Shown: positions 41,876-52,255, counted from the first letter of the stretch. The stretch is 64,000 nucleotides of DNA from an uncultured Bacilli bacterium (GCA_944332435.1 CALVJW010000001.1:16370-80369), one strand, 5' to 3'. A program made the numbers and translations. The notes: generated by a model from the sequence alone, not told the origin.

Positions 41876-42457
41876 ATGAATATAAAAAATTTTTTAATTA
41901 AAATTAAAGAGTTTGCTCAAGAAAATTCGTCAAACGTTGAAAATAATGACTTTATAAGTTCACCAATTATATTGCCAGAACGCGGATTTGTTATTTTAAA
42001 AGAAAGTCCATATTTTATTCGATTTGATGAAGAAATTCATAACGATAATTTATTAAAAATCATTGAAACATATTATCCAACATCAATCGATTTTAAAAAA
42101 TTATTAAAAAAAGATTTAAATGTATGTTTAGATTATTTATTGGGGAAAGGGGCAATTATATTCGAAAATCATGGGTTAATTAGAATGAATGAATATCAAA
42201 CAAATCCTGATTCAATACATCGTTCATCAGGTGAATTATATATTCCAAAGAGTATTTATGATGTTACAGGAGCTCAAGCAAGTATTTTATTAAAATATAT
42301 GCATGATTTTAATCGATTTGGAAAGTTAGACATTGTAGAAGTTAGCAGTAGTATCTCTGATGGTGCTTCTATTCTGAGCCTTTCTCTTGATGAGTTTGAA
42401 AAAATATTAAAAGAATTAAGTTATCAATCTTTAAAAGAAAAACTGAATAGGAAATAG
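41876..42457 (+). CDS. Hypothetical protein
   Basis: 193-aa ORF behind GAGGTGG. Confidence 0.45.
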   Translation: MNIKNFLIKIKEFAQENSSNVENNDFISSPIILPERGFVILKESPYFIRFDEEIHNDNLLKIIETYYPTSIDFKKLLKKDLNVCLDYLLGKGAIIFENHGLIRMNEYQTNPDSIHRSSGELYIPKSIYDVTGAQASILLKYMHDFNRFGKLDIVEVSSSISDGASILSLSLDEFEKILKELSYQSLKEKLNRK

Positions 42458-42550
42458 GGAAGAATTTTATAGATGGAATAAAAGTGGCATTAAACCAATG
42501 TGCCCTTTTTATTTTTTGAAAATTGTGTTATATTATTATAAGGTGAGAAT

Positions 42551-45175
42551 ATGAAACATTGGCATACAATGAAGTTAGAAGAAATTTATGAAGTATTACA
42601 AACAAAAAAAGAGGGGCTTTCTAGCACGGAAGCAAAAATAAGATTGGAACAAAATGGAAAAAATGAGTTAGCAAGTAAACCGAGGACAACAATTTTTGAA
42701 ATGTTATTAGAACAGTTGAAAGATAAAATGATTATCATTTTATTTCTTGCCTCCCTTATTTCGTTTATTTTGGGAGAAACATTGGAAGGTGTTGTGATTC
42801 TTGTAATTATTGCTATCAATGCAATTGTTAGTATTGTGCAAGAAAAAAAAGCTGCTGATGCGATTGAATCTTTAAAAAAGATGAACACACCACATGCACA
42901 GGTGCTTCGTGATCAAAAAAAGGTATCAATTTCATCAAAAGATTTAGTAGTTGGCGATATTGTCTATATAGAAGATGGAAGTGTTGTACCAGCAGATATT
43001 CGTTTAATTGACAGTAATCATTTAAAAATTGATGAATCATCTCTTACTGGTGAAAGTGTACCAGTAGAGAAGGAAGAAACTTTAATTTTACCAGAAAATA
43101 CTGTTTTAGCAGAACGTAAAAATATGGTTTATTCTTCTACAATTGTAACATATGGAACGGCAATGGGAGTTGTTGTAGCAACAGGAATGCACACTGAAAT
43201 TGGAAGTATTGCCAAAATGTTAGATGGAGAAGATGATTTAGAGACACCACTTAAGAAAAAATTAAATGCGGTTGGTCAAACATTAAGTATTGTGGGTATT
43301 TTAATTAGTATCCTTATTTTCATTATTGGACTTTATTATGGTAAACCAGTGATTTCTCTTTTAATGATTGCGATTTCTCTTGCCATTTCTGTTATTCCAG
43401 AAGGGCTTCCTGCAACAGCCACAATCGTTATGGCACTAGGAGTACAACGTATGGCTAAGAAAAATGCGTTAGTAAAAAAACTTCCTGCTGTCGAAACACT
43501 TGGAAGTGCAAGTGTTATTTGTAGTGATAAAACTGGGACTTTAACACAAAATAAAATGACCGTCACAAAGATAGCCTTCTATGATGAATTTATTAAGGAA
43601 AGTGCGGAAGATATAAAGAATGTTATTTTTGATAAGGATTTATTATATGCTGGAATATTATGTAATAATGCTTATGTTGATGTAGAGAATCCTAGTAATG
43701 TGATTGGTGATCCAACGGAAAGTTGCTTATTAGTTCTTGCACAAACACAAAGTTTAAATCCAGTTATAATAAGTAAAGAGCATCCAAAATTATTCGAGCA
43801 ACCATTTGATTCCATTCGTAAAAGAATGTCAACAGTACATCAAATGGAAGAAGGGTATACTGTTTATACAAAAGGTGCGACAGAAGAATTATTACCATTT
43901 TGTACCCATATGAAATATCAAAATGAAATAATTCCTCTTACTGATGACATGAGAAAACACATTTTAAATACTGTTGAAAAGATGTCTAGACAATCACTTC
44001 GTGTTTTAGGATTTGCGAAAAAAAATATTGAAGAAGTTCCAAAGACAGATGATGTGAATTTAGAAGAAAATTTAATTTTCCTAGGTGTAACGGGAATGAT
44101 AGATCCACCTAGAAAAGAAGTAATTGGAGCTATTCAAACGTGTCATAAAGCTGGAATTAAAGTAATTATGATTACGGGAGATAATAAAATAACGGCAACT
44201 GCCATTGCTCAAGAACTTGGAATTTATCAAGAAGGAAATGATGTTATTACTGGAGATGAACTTGCAAAATTAAGTCCGGAAGAATTATGTTGTCGTGTAA
44301 AAAATACGACAGTATTTGCTCGTGTGACTCCACAAGATAAATTACATATTGTAAAAGCATTACAAAAAAATGGAGAAGTAGTAGCCATGACAGGAGATGG
44401 TGTAAACGACTCTCCAGCACTTAAGACTGCAGATATTGGAGTAGCAATGGGAATTACTGGTACTGATGTAGCAAAAGGTGCTGCTGATATGGTATTACTA
44501 GATGATAACTTTACAACGATTGAAGCAGCAATTAGAGAAGGAAGAAGGGTATATCGTAATATCCAAAAAGTAATTCAATTTTTACTAGCTGGAAACATTG
44601 CCGAAGTAATGACGATTTTTGTAGCAATGCTTCTAAATTGGGAAACACCAATTTTAGCAGTACACATTTTACTCATTAATTTAGTGACAGATACATTACC
44701 AGCATTAGCACTTGGAGTTGATCCAGCAAGTAGTAATATTATGAACCATAAACCAGTTAAGAGTGGAAGTTTATTTGAACGAGGACTTATAGGAAGAATT
44801 ATTTTCTATGGATTACTTATTGCAACATTATCATTATTAGCTTTCCGTGTTGGACTTCATACAGATTACCAAACAGGTGTTACAATGGCATTCTTAGTGT
44901 TATCACTTTCACAAATTGTGCATTCATTAAATCAACATTCCAATACAATTTCTATTTTTTCAAAAAAACATCCAAAAAATATCTATTTGTATGGAGCTAT
45001 GTTATTATCAATGTTAATTGTAGGTGCAATCATCTTTATACCATTTTTCAAAGAATTCTTCTTTATTACAAATTTAAGTATGGAAAATTGGATCTTTGTA
45101 TTGATTGCGTCAATCGCGCCACTTGTAATAGTAGAAATCGTAAAATTCTGGCGTAGATTGGTTTCTAAAAATTAA
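42551..45175 (+). CDS. Calcium-translocating P-type ATPase (P2 type)
   Basis: TGES, ICSDKTGTLT, MITGDN, TGDGVNDSPAL. 10 TM. N-terminal cation-ATPase domain. Confidence 0.9.
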   Translation: MKHWHTMKLEEIYEVLQTKKEGLSSTEAKIRLEQNGKNELASKPRTTIFEMLLEQLKDKMIIILFLASLISFILGETLEGVVILVIIAINAIVSIVQEKKAADAIESLKKMNTPHAQVLRDQKKVSISSKDLVVGDIVYIEDGSVVPADIRLIDSNHLKIDESSLTGESVPVEKEETLILPENTVLAERKNMVYSSTIVTYGTAMGVVVATGMHTEIGSIAKMLDGEDDLETPLKKKLNAVGQTLSIVGILISILIFIIGLYYGKPVISLLMIAISLAISVIPEGLPATATIVMALGVQRMAKKNALVKKLPAVETLGSASVICSDKTGTLTQNKMTVTKIAFYDEFIKESAEDIKNVIFDKDLLYAGILCNNAYVDVENPSNVIGDPTESCLLVLAQTQSLNPVIISKEHPKLFEQPFDSIRKRMSTVHQMEEGYTVYTKGATEELLPFCTHMKYQNEIIPLTDDMRKHILNTVEKMSRQSLRVLGFAKKNIEEVPKTDDVNLEENLIFLGVTGMIDPPRKEVIGAIQTCHKAGIKVIMITGDNKITATAIAQELGIYQEGNDVITGDELAKLSPEELCCRVKNTTVFARVTPQDKLHIVKALQKNGEVVAMTGDGVNDSPALKTADIGVAMGITGTDVAKGAADMVLLDDNFTTIEAAIREGRRVYRNIQKVIQFLLAGNIAEVMTIFVAMLLNWETPILAVHILLINLVTDTLPALALGVDPASSNIMNHKPVKSGSLFERGLIGRIIFYGLLIATLSLLAFRVGLHTDYQTGVTMAFLVLSLSQIVHSLNQHSNTISIFSKKHPKNIYLYGAMLLSMLIVGAIIFIPFFKEFFFITNLSMENWIFVLIASIAPLVIVEIVKFWRRLVSKN

Positions 45176-45267
45176 ATTTCGTATTATTTACGAAATTTTT
45201 TTTCTTGTTTTTTCTTTTTACTATGATATTCCTACCAATTTATGATATACTATCGATAGGTGATAAA

Positions 45268-45882
45268 ATGCAACAAATAATGATAGAACTTATGAATCAA
45301 TTTGGATATTGGGCAATTTTATTGTTAATTGCCGTGGAAAATATTTTCCCACCCATTCCATCAGAACTTATTTTAACATTTGGTGGTTTTATGACAACCC
45401 ATACCGATATGAATGTTTTAGGAGTCATTTTTTTTGCTACCTTAGGTTCGCTAATTGGAGCTATCATTTTATATTATCTCGGGCGTATTTTAAATAAAGA
45501 ACGCTTAGAACGTATTATTGAAGGAAAAATTGGGAAAGTTCTTAGACTTAAGAAAAAAGATATTGAAAAAGCAGATCATTGGTTTGATACAAAAGGATAT
45601 TATACCGTTTTTTTCTGTCGCTTTATTCCTGTTGTTCGTAGTTTAATTTCAATTCCAGCAGGAATGAGTGAAATGCACTTTGGAAAGTTTTTAGTTTTTA
45701 CAACTGTTGGTAGTATTATTTGGAATTCCGTGTTAGTCGTATTAGGTAGTATTATGGGAGATCATTGGATGAAGATTGTAGAATGGATGGATCTTTATTC
45801 TCGTATTATTTTATTATTACTTGTAATTCTTTGTATTGGTGGAATCTGTTTCTATTATTATAAAAAAACAAGAAAAAAATAA
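45268..45882 (+). CDS. DedA-family membrane protein
   Basis: ENIFPPIPSELIL and FFCRFIPVVRSLISIPAG motifs. ATG 45268 preferred to TTG 45205. Confidence 0.85.
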   Translation: MQQIMIELMNQFGYWAILLLIAVENIFPPIPSELILTFGGFMTTHTDMNVLGVIFFATLGSLIGAIILYYLGRILNKERLERIIEGKIGKVLRLKKKDIEKADHWFDTKGYYTVFFCRFIPVVRSLISIPAGMSEMHFGKFLVFTTVGSIIWNSVLVVLGSIMGDHWMKIVEWMDLYSRIILLLLVILCIGGICFYYYKKTRKK

Positions 45883-45903
45883 GTTCGTAATGAACTTTTT
45901 TTG
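45881..45903 (+). terminator. Rho-independent terminator
   Basis: AAGTTC-gtaat-GAACTT followed by a T-run. Confidence 0.7.
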
Positions 45904-45957
45904 TTGACATAAATAGGAATAAAACGTATAATGAATATATGAACAATCATTCATATA
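45904..45957 (+). promoter_or_regulatory. Promoter plus an ArsR/SmtB-type operator
   Basis: TTGACA (45904-45909), 17 nt, TATAAT (45927-45932). Inverted repeat TATATGAA-caatca-TTCATATA (45936-45957) just downstream. Confidence 0.6.
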
Positions 45958-45975
45958 ATAGAAGGTGACGAGTAA

Positions 45976-46272
45976 ATGAAAAAACAAGAATTAGAAGCAT
46001 TGGCGTTCTTTTTTAAAGTGTTTGGTGATGTAACAAGACTTAGAATCATCCAAGTATTAAGGACAAACTCGATGTGTGTTTCAGATATTGCGGAAGAATT
46101 AAAGATGACACCATCTTCCATTTCTCATCAGTTAAAAACCTTACGAACGATGAATTTAGTGAAAACGGATAAAGTAGGGAAAGTAGTTTATTATAAATTA
46201 AGTGATCGTCATATTTTCGATATTTTTGATAAAGGATATGAGCATATTTGTGAAAGAGGGGTAATGAAATGA
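45976..46272 (+). CDS. ArsR/SmtB-family metalloregulator
   Basis: 98 aa. FKVFGDVTRLRIIQVL...CVSDIAEELKMTPSSISHQLKTLR wHTH. Overlaps the ATPase gene start. Confidence 0.85.
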   Translation: MKKQELEALAFFFKVFGDVTRLRIIQVLRTNSMCVSDIAEELKMTPSSISHQLKTLRTMNLVKTDKVGKVVYYKLSDRHIFDIFDKGYEHICERGVMK

Positions 46273-48311
46273 AACGATATGAATTTCCACTATATGGATT
46301 AGATTGTGCGAAATGTGCACAAGAAATAGAAGAATATTTGCAAAAACAAGATGATTATTCGTTTGTTCGTGTTTCTTTTGCAACAGCGAAAGTAATCATA
46401 GAAACAACATTAGAAGAAGAAATGGTAACACAACAAATAGAAAAAGATATTCAAAAAGTAGAACCTAACGTATCTATTTTTACTACAGAAAAGAAAAAAA
46501 TTGATATGATGTTACTTCGTATTATCATTACAACGGTTTTACTTATCATAAGTTTTGTCTTTTTCAAAAATATATTTTTGTTTCTGTTTATTTATCTTAT
46601 AATAGGATATGATATACTTTTTACTTCTTTAAAAAATTTAGTCAAAGGGAAATTTTTTGATGAATTCTTTTTGATGTCTCTTGCAACTGTTTGTGCATTT
46701 ATCATTGGTGAATATACAGAAGCAGTTGCTGTCATGCTATTTTTTCAAATCGGTGAATATGTTCAAGAAAAAGCAATTCGTAAGTCAAGACAATCGATTA
46801 CAGAACTATTAGATTTAAAAAGTGATTATGCAAATTTAATTGTTGACCATATTACTAAAAAAGTAGATCCTAGTATGGTAAAAGTCGGTGATGAAATTCT
46901 TGTAAAACCAGGTGAAAAAATACCTCTTGATGGGGTTGTTATCGATGGAAAAAGTACATTAGATACTTCGATGCTGACTGGAGAGTCAATGCCTCGTAGT
47001 GTTACAGTAGAGGATATCGTATATGGTGGTACGATTAATTTATCTGGATTATTAAAAGTAAAAGTGACAAAAATAGCAACGGAAACACTTGCTAGTTCTA
47101 TTTTAGATATGATGGAACATGCTGCAAGTAAGAAAACAAATACAGAACGTTTTATCACAAAATTTTCGAAAGTTTATACACCAGTGATTGTTATTTGTGC
47201 ACTATTACTATGCTTGATTCCGGTTTTATTTTTTCAAGGAAATATAGAAACTTGGGCATATCGATCATTAGTCTTTTTAGTCATTTCTTGCCCATGTGCA
47301 TTAGTAATTTCCATTCCACTAGGATTCTTTTCTGGAATTGGAACGGCATCTAAACAAGGAATTTTATTAAAAGGAAGTGACGCTTTAGAATTGCTTCCTA
47401 AGATAGATACTGCTGTATTTGATAAAACTGGTACGATTACTAAAGGAAAGTTTGCGATTACTAGTGTTGTAACTGATAAAAATAAAAACACTAATTTGAT
47501 TATAGAATATGCAGCAATTGCGGAACAATTTTCTAACCATCCAATTGCCAAAACAATTTTAGAACGCTATGGTAAAAGTTGTAATTCAGAAGAAGTAAAA
47601 AATTATCAGGAAGTTGCTGGTAAAGGAGTAAAAGTAGAATATCGGAATGAAGTGATTACGGTTGGAAATTATGCTTTTATGGAGCAAGAACAGATTGAAG
47701 TTCCTACTACCAATGCGTTTGGTACAATTGTTTATGTCGCAAGAAATAAAGAATATATGGGATATTTAATTATTGAAGATCAAGTAAAAGATGAAATTGA
47801 TCGAACATTATATGGATTAAGAAAACAAGGGATTCATCATTTTGTTGTTGTATCAGGAGATAGCAAGCCAATTGTATCACGTGTTTGTCATGGGATTGGA
47901 ATTCAAAAGTATTATGCAGAAACGTTACCAACAGAAAAAGCGAATATTGTAAAAGAATTAAAGCAGAAACACAAAGTATTTTTTGTGGGAGATGGTATGA
48001 ATGATGCTTTAGTATTAACGGAAGCGGATTTAGGAATTAGTATGGGTGGTATTGGTAGTGATGCTGCGACGATGGCAAGTGATATTGTGATTATGAATGA
48101 CGATCTTAGCAAAATTGTGACGGCGATTGAAATTGCTAAGAAAACAAAACGCGTTGTATGGACCAATATCATTTTTGCCATTTCCGTCAAATTATTGGTA
48201 TTATTATTAGGTGCCTTTGGTTATGCTCCGATTTGGCTTGCAATATTTGCTGACGTTGGAGTAACACTGATTACCATTTTTCATACAATTTGGATTACAA
48301 GAAGAGGGTAA
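46269..48311 (+). CDS. Heavy-metal translocating P1B-type ATPase (Cd/Zn/Co class)
   Basis: N-terminal HMA domain with a CAKC motif, TGES, CPC (SCPCALV), DKTGTIT, SNHP, GDGMNDA. Confidence 0.9.
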   Translation: MKRYEFPLYGLDCAKCAQEIEEYLQKQDDYSFVRVSFATAKVIIETTLEEEMVTQQIEKDIQKVEPNVSIFTTEKKKIDMMLLRIIITTVLLIISFVFFKNIFLFLFIYLIIGYDILFTSLKNLVKGKFFDEFFLMSLATVCAFIIGEYTEAVAVMLFFQIGEYVQEKAIRKSRQSITELLDLKSDYANLIVDHITKKVDPSMVKVGDEILVKPGEKIPLDGVVIDGKSTLDTSMLTGESMPRSVTVEDIVYGGTINLSGLLKVKVTKIATETLASSILDMMEHAASKKTNTERFITKFSKVYTPVIVICALLLCLIPVLFFQGNIETWAYRSLVFLVISCPCALVISIPLGFFSGIGTASKQGILLKGSDALELLPKIDTAVFDKTGTITKGKFAITSVVTDKNKNTNLIIEYAAIAEQFSNHPIAKTILERYGKSCNSEEVKNYQEVAGKGVKVEYRNEVITVGNYAFMEQEQIEVPTTNAFGTIVYVARNKEYMGYLIIEDQVKDEIDRTLYGLRKQGIHHFVVVSGDSKPIVSRVCHGIGIQKYYAETLPTEKANIVKELKQKHKVFFVGDGMNDALVLTEADLGISMGGIGSDAATMASDIVIMNDDLSKIVTAIEIAKKTKRVVWTNIIFAISVKLLVLLLGAFGYAPIWLAIFADVGVTLITIFHTIWITRRG

Positions 48312-48362
48312 CCTCTTTTTATTTGTTATAAATTTTAGTATAATACATATTAGGTGATAAAA

Positions 48363-49676
48363 ATGGAATTACAAAAAGGATTATCAGAAGAAACCGTACT
48401 TACCATTTCAAAGATAAAAAAAGAACCAGATTGGATGCGAGATTTTCGTTTAAAATCTTATCAAGCATTTAAAAAGATGAAAAATCCTAATTTTGGTCCG
48501 GATTTACATATTAATTTTGATGATATTACATACTATAAAACAAGTGATGATAAAGTAAATCATACCTGGGATGATGTACCAGAAGACGTAAAAGATACTT
48601 TTAATAAAATTGGCCTTCCTGAAGCAGAGCAGAAGTATTTAGCTGGCTTAGGGGCACAATATGATAGTGAAGCCATTTACCATAATATGTTAAAAGAATT
48701 AACGGATAAGGGGATTATCTTCTGTGATACGGATACGGCTTTAAAACAGTATCCTGAATTATTTCAGAAATATTTTAATACCCTTGTTTCTTATGATGAG
48801 AATAAGTATACTGCATTAAATGGTTGTGTTTGGAGTGGTGGAAGTTTTATTTATGTTCCTCCCTATACGAAATTAGATCGACCTTTACAAAGTTATTTTC
48901 GTATTAATACCAAAGATATGGGACAGTTTGAAAGAACGTTAATTATTGTTGATGAAGGAAGCGAACTACATTATATGGAAGGATGTACGGCTCCCACTTA
49001 TACCACAGATTCTCTTCATGCTGCCGTTGTAGAAATCTTTGTTGGAAAACATGCGAAATGTCGTTATACAACAATTCAAAATTGGTCCAATAACGTTAAT
49101 AATTTAGTAACAAAACGAGCAATTGTAGAAGAAGATGGCTTGATGGAATGGATTGATGGTAATATTGGTTCTAAAATTAATATGAAATATCCATCTTGTA
49201 TCTTAAAAGGTGATTATGCAAAGGGAAATTGTATTAGTATTGCTGTTGCGACAAAAAATCAAATTCAAGATGCTGGAGCTCGTATGATTCATTTAGGACG
49301 TCATACTACAAGTAATATTATTAGTAAATCAATTGCAGCAAATGGAGGAAACGCTAGCTATCGTGGAGCAGTTAAAATAAAAAAAGATGCTGAGTATTCA
49401 AAAAGCATTGTAAAATGTGATACTATTATTTTAGATGAACAATCAAAAAGCGATACGATACCAATTAATATTGTTGAAAATCAAACTTCGGATATTAATC
49501 ATGAAGCTACTGTGGCTAAAATTAGTCAAGATAAATTATTTTATTTAATGAGCCGTGGATTAAATGAAGAAAAAGCCAAAGAACTTATTATCATGGGATT
49601 TATTGATCGCTTCCGTGAAGAATTACCAATGGAATATGCAGTAGAATTAAATGCATTATTAAAACATTATTTTTAA
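48363..49676 (+). CDS. sufB: Fe-S cluster assembly protein SufB
   Basis: [19 protein letters not shown]...YTTIQNWS core. No sufC/D/S/U adjacent. Confidence 0.82.
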   Translation: MELQKGLSEETVLTISKIKKEPDWMRDFRLKSYQAFKKMKNPNFGPDLHINFDDITYYKTSDDKVNHTWDDVPEDVKDTFNKIGLPEAEQKYLAGLGAQYDSEAIYHNMLKELTDKGIIFCDTDTALKQYPELFQKYFNTLVSYDENKYTALNGCVWSGGSFIYVPPYTKLDRPLQSYFRINTKDMGQFERTLIIVDEGSELHYMEGCTAPTYTTDSLHAAVVEIFVGKHAKCRYTTIQNWSNNVNNLVTKRAIVEEDGLMEWIDGNIGSKINMKYPSCILKGDYAKGNCISIAVATKNQIQDAGARMIHLGRHTTSNIISKSIAANGGNASYRGAVKIKKDAEYSKSIVKCDTIILDEQSKSDTIPINIVENQTSDINHEATVAKISQDKLFYLMSRGLNEEKAKELIIMGFIDRFREELPMEYAVELNALLKHYF

Positions 49677-49691
49677 TTAGGAGAAGAAAGA

Positions 49692-49988
49692 ATGAAAAAG
49701 GTACTGATATTAGGATTAAGTTTCGTCATATTAACAGGTTGTACTGGAAAAAAAGAAAAACGCATGCAAGCGATGGAACAATATGGAAAAGAGTATTATC
49801 AAAGTTATGGAAAACAATATGATATAGATGAATATACTGTTTCTTTAAAACAGTTACGTGAAGCAAAAAAACAATTAAAGCAAGAGTATGATTTAACTGT
49901 ATTAGAACAGTGTGAAGATACAACAAAGATTATTTTTACGGTGAAGGATCAAAAAATAAAAAGTTTTAAAATTAATCTAAATTGTTAA
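49692..49988 (+). CDS. Small lipoprotein
   Basis: Lipobox ILTGCTG. 98 aa. Confidence 0.55.
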   Translation: MKKVLILGLSFVILTGCTGKKEKRMQAMEQYGKEYYQSYGKQYDIDEYTVSLKQLREAKKQLKQEYDLTVLEQCEDTTKIIFTVKDQKIKSFKINLNC

Positions 49989-50159
49989 ATTTTATAAATA
50001 TGAAAAAAGAGGAAAACAATAAAATAAATCTAGTTATCGTTTAAATAATGAATATTAACCTCTTTTCTTAATCTGATAAAAAACAAAAAAGAAATAGCAA
50101 ATCATTCATTTGTATTTCTTTTTTTATTGTTTTATGATGAACGTGAAAGGAGAAATGTT

Positions 50160-50381
50160 ATGTTAAATCAAACGATTATTGTAGGTAGAATGGTTCGGGA
50201 ACCAGAACTTAGGGAAACAGAGAATGGGAAAAAAGTTACTAATATTACGCTTGCCGTACCACGTAGTTTTAAAAACCAAGAAGGAGAGTATGAAACGGAT
50301 TTTATTCATTGTACATTATGGCAAGGAATTGCCGAAAATACCGTGCAATATGTTCAGAAAGGTGATTTACTTGGTCATTAG
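50160..50381 (+). pseudogene. ssb: Single-stranded DNA-binding protein, 5' half only
   Basis: GAAAGGAGA RBS. MLNQTIIVGRMVREPELRETENGKKV...HCTLWQGIAENTVQYVQKGDLLG, then H and a stop. The last OB-fold strands are missing. Confidence 0.7.
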
Positions 50382-50505
50382 TTTTGTAGATACAATTTTT
50401 TTCTGAAAACTTGATTTAATTCAATAAAACTTGAATTTTTTTTGTATTTTACAATTTTACTATTTGTAAAAAATGTTATAATATTTATTAGGTGGTGTGG
50501 TAGGT

Positions 50506-50781
50506 ATGAAGCATGTTAATTTGATAAGAATTAGAAAAAACAAAGAATACACTTGTGAAAATATGGCGAAGATGTTGGGAATAAGTACTAGCTATTATTC
50601 ACAAATTGAAAATGGAAATAGAAAGTTAGACTATAAAATGGCTGTAAAGATTGCATCAATATTTAAATTATATCCTGACGATATTTTTTATAGATATTAT
50701 GAAAGATATAAAGTAATTCCTAACCATCCTAAAAAAATTAAGGTGATAAGTTATTTTAATTTTGAGGAGGAGAATTTATGA
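50506..50781 (+). CDS. XRE/Cro-type HTH regulator
   Basis: MAKMLGISTSYYSQIENGNRKL. Extended -10 TGTTATAAT at 50474-50482. Confidence 0.8.
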   Translation: MKHVNLIRIRKNKEYTCENMAKMLGISTSYYSQIENGNRKLDYKMAVKIASIFKLYPDDIFYRYYERYKVIPNHPKKIKVISYFNFEEENL

Positions 50782-51314
50782 TTAGAAATTTTGTAGATGA
50801 TATCAAAAGAGCTAAAGATAATAAAGCATATTTATCAGCATTGGCATTAGCGTTAACAATACCTGATATATGTGGAAAAATAGAATATTACAAAACTAGC
50901 AACATGAATAATAGAGATAAATATATAGCATGGTTTGATAAATGGATTTATAAATATGTAGAAATACCTAAGTCGAAATTTGAAAATTTTCATGATTATG
51001 ATGAAATGGTAAAATTTGATGGAGAGGTTTGCTATGCATTAAGAAATGAATTGTTACATCAAGGAAATACAATAGATGGTTATAATTCAAATGGAATAAA
51101 ATTTGATCGATTTGAATTATGTGTGTCAGATAGTGAATGGCAATTTGGAGATGGACATGGATGTCAATTATCGGATGGAGAAATAATAGAAACGCACAGG
51201 ATATTTAATGTTGTTAATCTTTTAGAATGCTTTATATCAAGTACAGAAGATTATATCGATCAAAATGGAGATAACTCTGATTCCTTAGGGATTATAAAAA
51301 TTCAAAAAATATGA
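50778..51314 (+). CDS. Hypothetical protein with a HEPN-like RNxxxH motif
   Basis: ATGA overlap with the XRE gene. ALRNELLHQGN fits Rx4-6H. Fold not verified. Confidence 0.45.
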   Translation: MIRNFVDDIKRAKDNKAYLSALALALTIPDICGKIEYYKTSNMNNRDKYIAWFDKWIYKYVEIPKSKFENFHDYDEMVKFDGEVCYALRNELLHQGNTIDGYNSNGIKFDRFELCVSDSEWQFGDGHGCQLSDGEIIETHRIFNVVNLLECFISSTEDYIDQNGDNSDSLGIIKIQKI

Positions 51315-51340
51315 TATAATTAATTTAATAAATAGTAACT

Positions 51341-51688
51341 TTGCAAGTAAATGGATGTGATTGTATGAAAGATAATAATAAATCAAAATATATGCCTACT
51401 GAAGAAGAATTAGAACAACAAAGAAAAGAAATGTTATTTGAAATGAATAAACTTAATAATGAATTTAGAAAAGAAAAAAAGAAGAAAATTATTATTATAT
51501 CGAGTGTAGTAATTATTGCTTTTGTGTTATTTAAAATCTTTGTTGGCGAAATAAATATAACCATTCCAAACCTTGCTTCACAACACAGAAATAGACAATA
51601 TGATGTTAGTGTAAATAATACATTGATAGATGTAGGTGTAGAAGAAACCAAAAAAAACAACAATTATTCCTTTTGTAATGTATATTAG
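51341..51688 (+). CDS. TM-anchor fragment (upstream half of a frameshifted gene)
   Basis: KKKK-IIIISSVVIIAFVLFKIFVG anchor. The frame ends just after the A8 run 51650-51657. Confidence 0.4.
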   Translation: MQVNGCDCMKDNNKSKYMPTEEELEQQRKEMLFEMNKLNNEFRKEKKKKIIIISSVVIIAFVLFKIFVGEINITIPNLASQHRNRQYDVSVNNTLIDVGVEETKKNNNYSFCNVY

Positions 51689-52040
51689 TGATTTTAGTAG
51701 TCATATGTTTTTTGGTGATATAGATGAAAAAAGCATGAAGTATGAAAAAGGAACTTCAGTTATTTTGAATGTTGATTCGTATGAATGCTATACCAAGAAT
51801 GATAATATACAATTGTCTTGTGTAGGTGGTACAGATCGTTATAAAAAATTAAAGACAGATGATACAACTTATACTTTAAGAATTAAAAGACTTAATAGAG
51901 AAGAAACAATTACTTACAACGGTAAATTTATAAACGATATAAGTGATTATCTTGTTGAAAAAGGAAAATATAGAGTGTTTATTGTTGGTAAGTATAAGAA
52001 TGTAACAAGCACATTATATTTTAACTTGGAAATAATTTAG
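51678..52040 (+). CDS. Domain fragment paralogous to 18699..19268 (downstream half of a frameshifted gene)
   Basis: Shares RYKK, L-x-IKR-x-N, EKGKY and FNL with the 18699 ORF. Its frame is open from 51642. Confidence 0.45.
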   Translation: MYISDFSSHMFFGDIDEKSMKYEKGTSVILNVDSYECYTKNDNIQLSCVGGTDRYKKLKTDDTTYTLRIKRLNREETITYNGKFINDISDYLVEKGKYRVFIVGKYKNVTSTLYFNLEII

Positions 52041-52074
52041 TTAGTAGAAACCTTTATAATATAAGGTTTTTTAT

Positions 52075-52218
52075 TTGTATCACCAAAAACCATTAATCGG
52101 AATCAAAGGTCGTATTCAAACAAGAGATGTAGAGTTAGAAGATGAAACTCATAAAAAATATGTAGAAGTCATAGCAGAAAAAGTTACGTTTTTATCTAGT
52201 AAGAAAGCAGATGAATAG
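52075..52218 (+). pseudogene. ssb: ssb 3' half, copy A
   Basis: LYHQKPLIGIKGRIQTRDVELEDETHKKYVEVIAEKVTFLSSKKADE*. No start or RBS. Confidence 0.65.
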
Positions 52219-52228
52219 TCTGCTTTTT
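52207..52228 (+). terminator. Rho-independent terminator
   Basis: GCAGA-tgaatag-TCTGC followed by T5. Confidence 0.65.
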
Positions 52229-52255
52229 ATGGTATAATTATATTTAGGTGGTTAT

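Noticed and set aside
46826-47158. 110-aa minus-strand ORF. The same applies to 47234..47551, 47912..48190, 42586..42888, 43336..43566, 25407..25769 and 56695..56967.
   Set aside because: All lie antisense inside strongly supported genes (P-type ATPases, GGGtGRT, ftsK). They are typical shadow frames.
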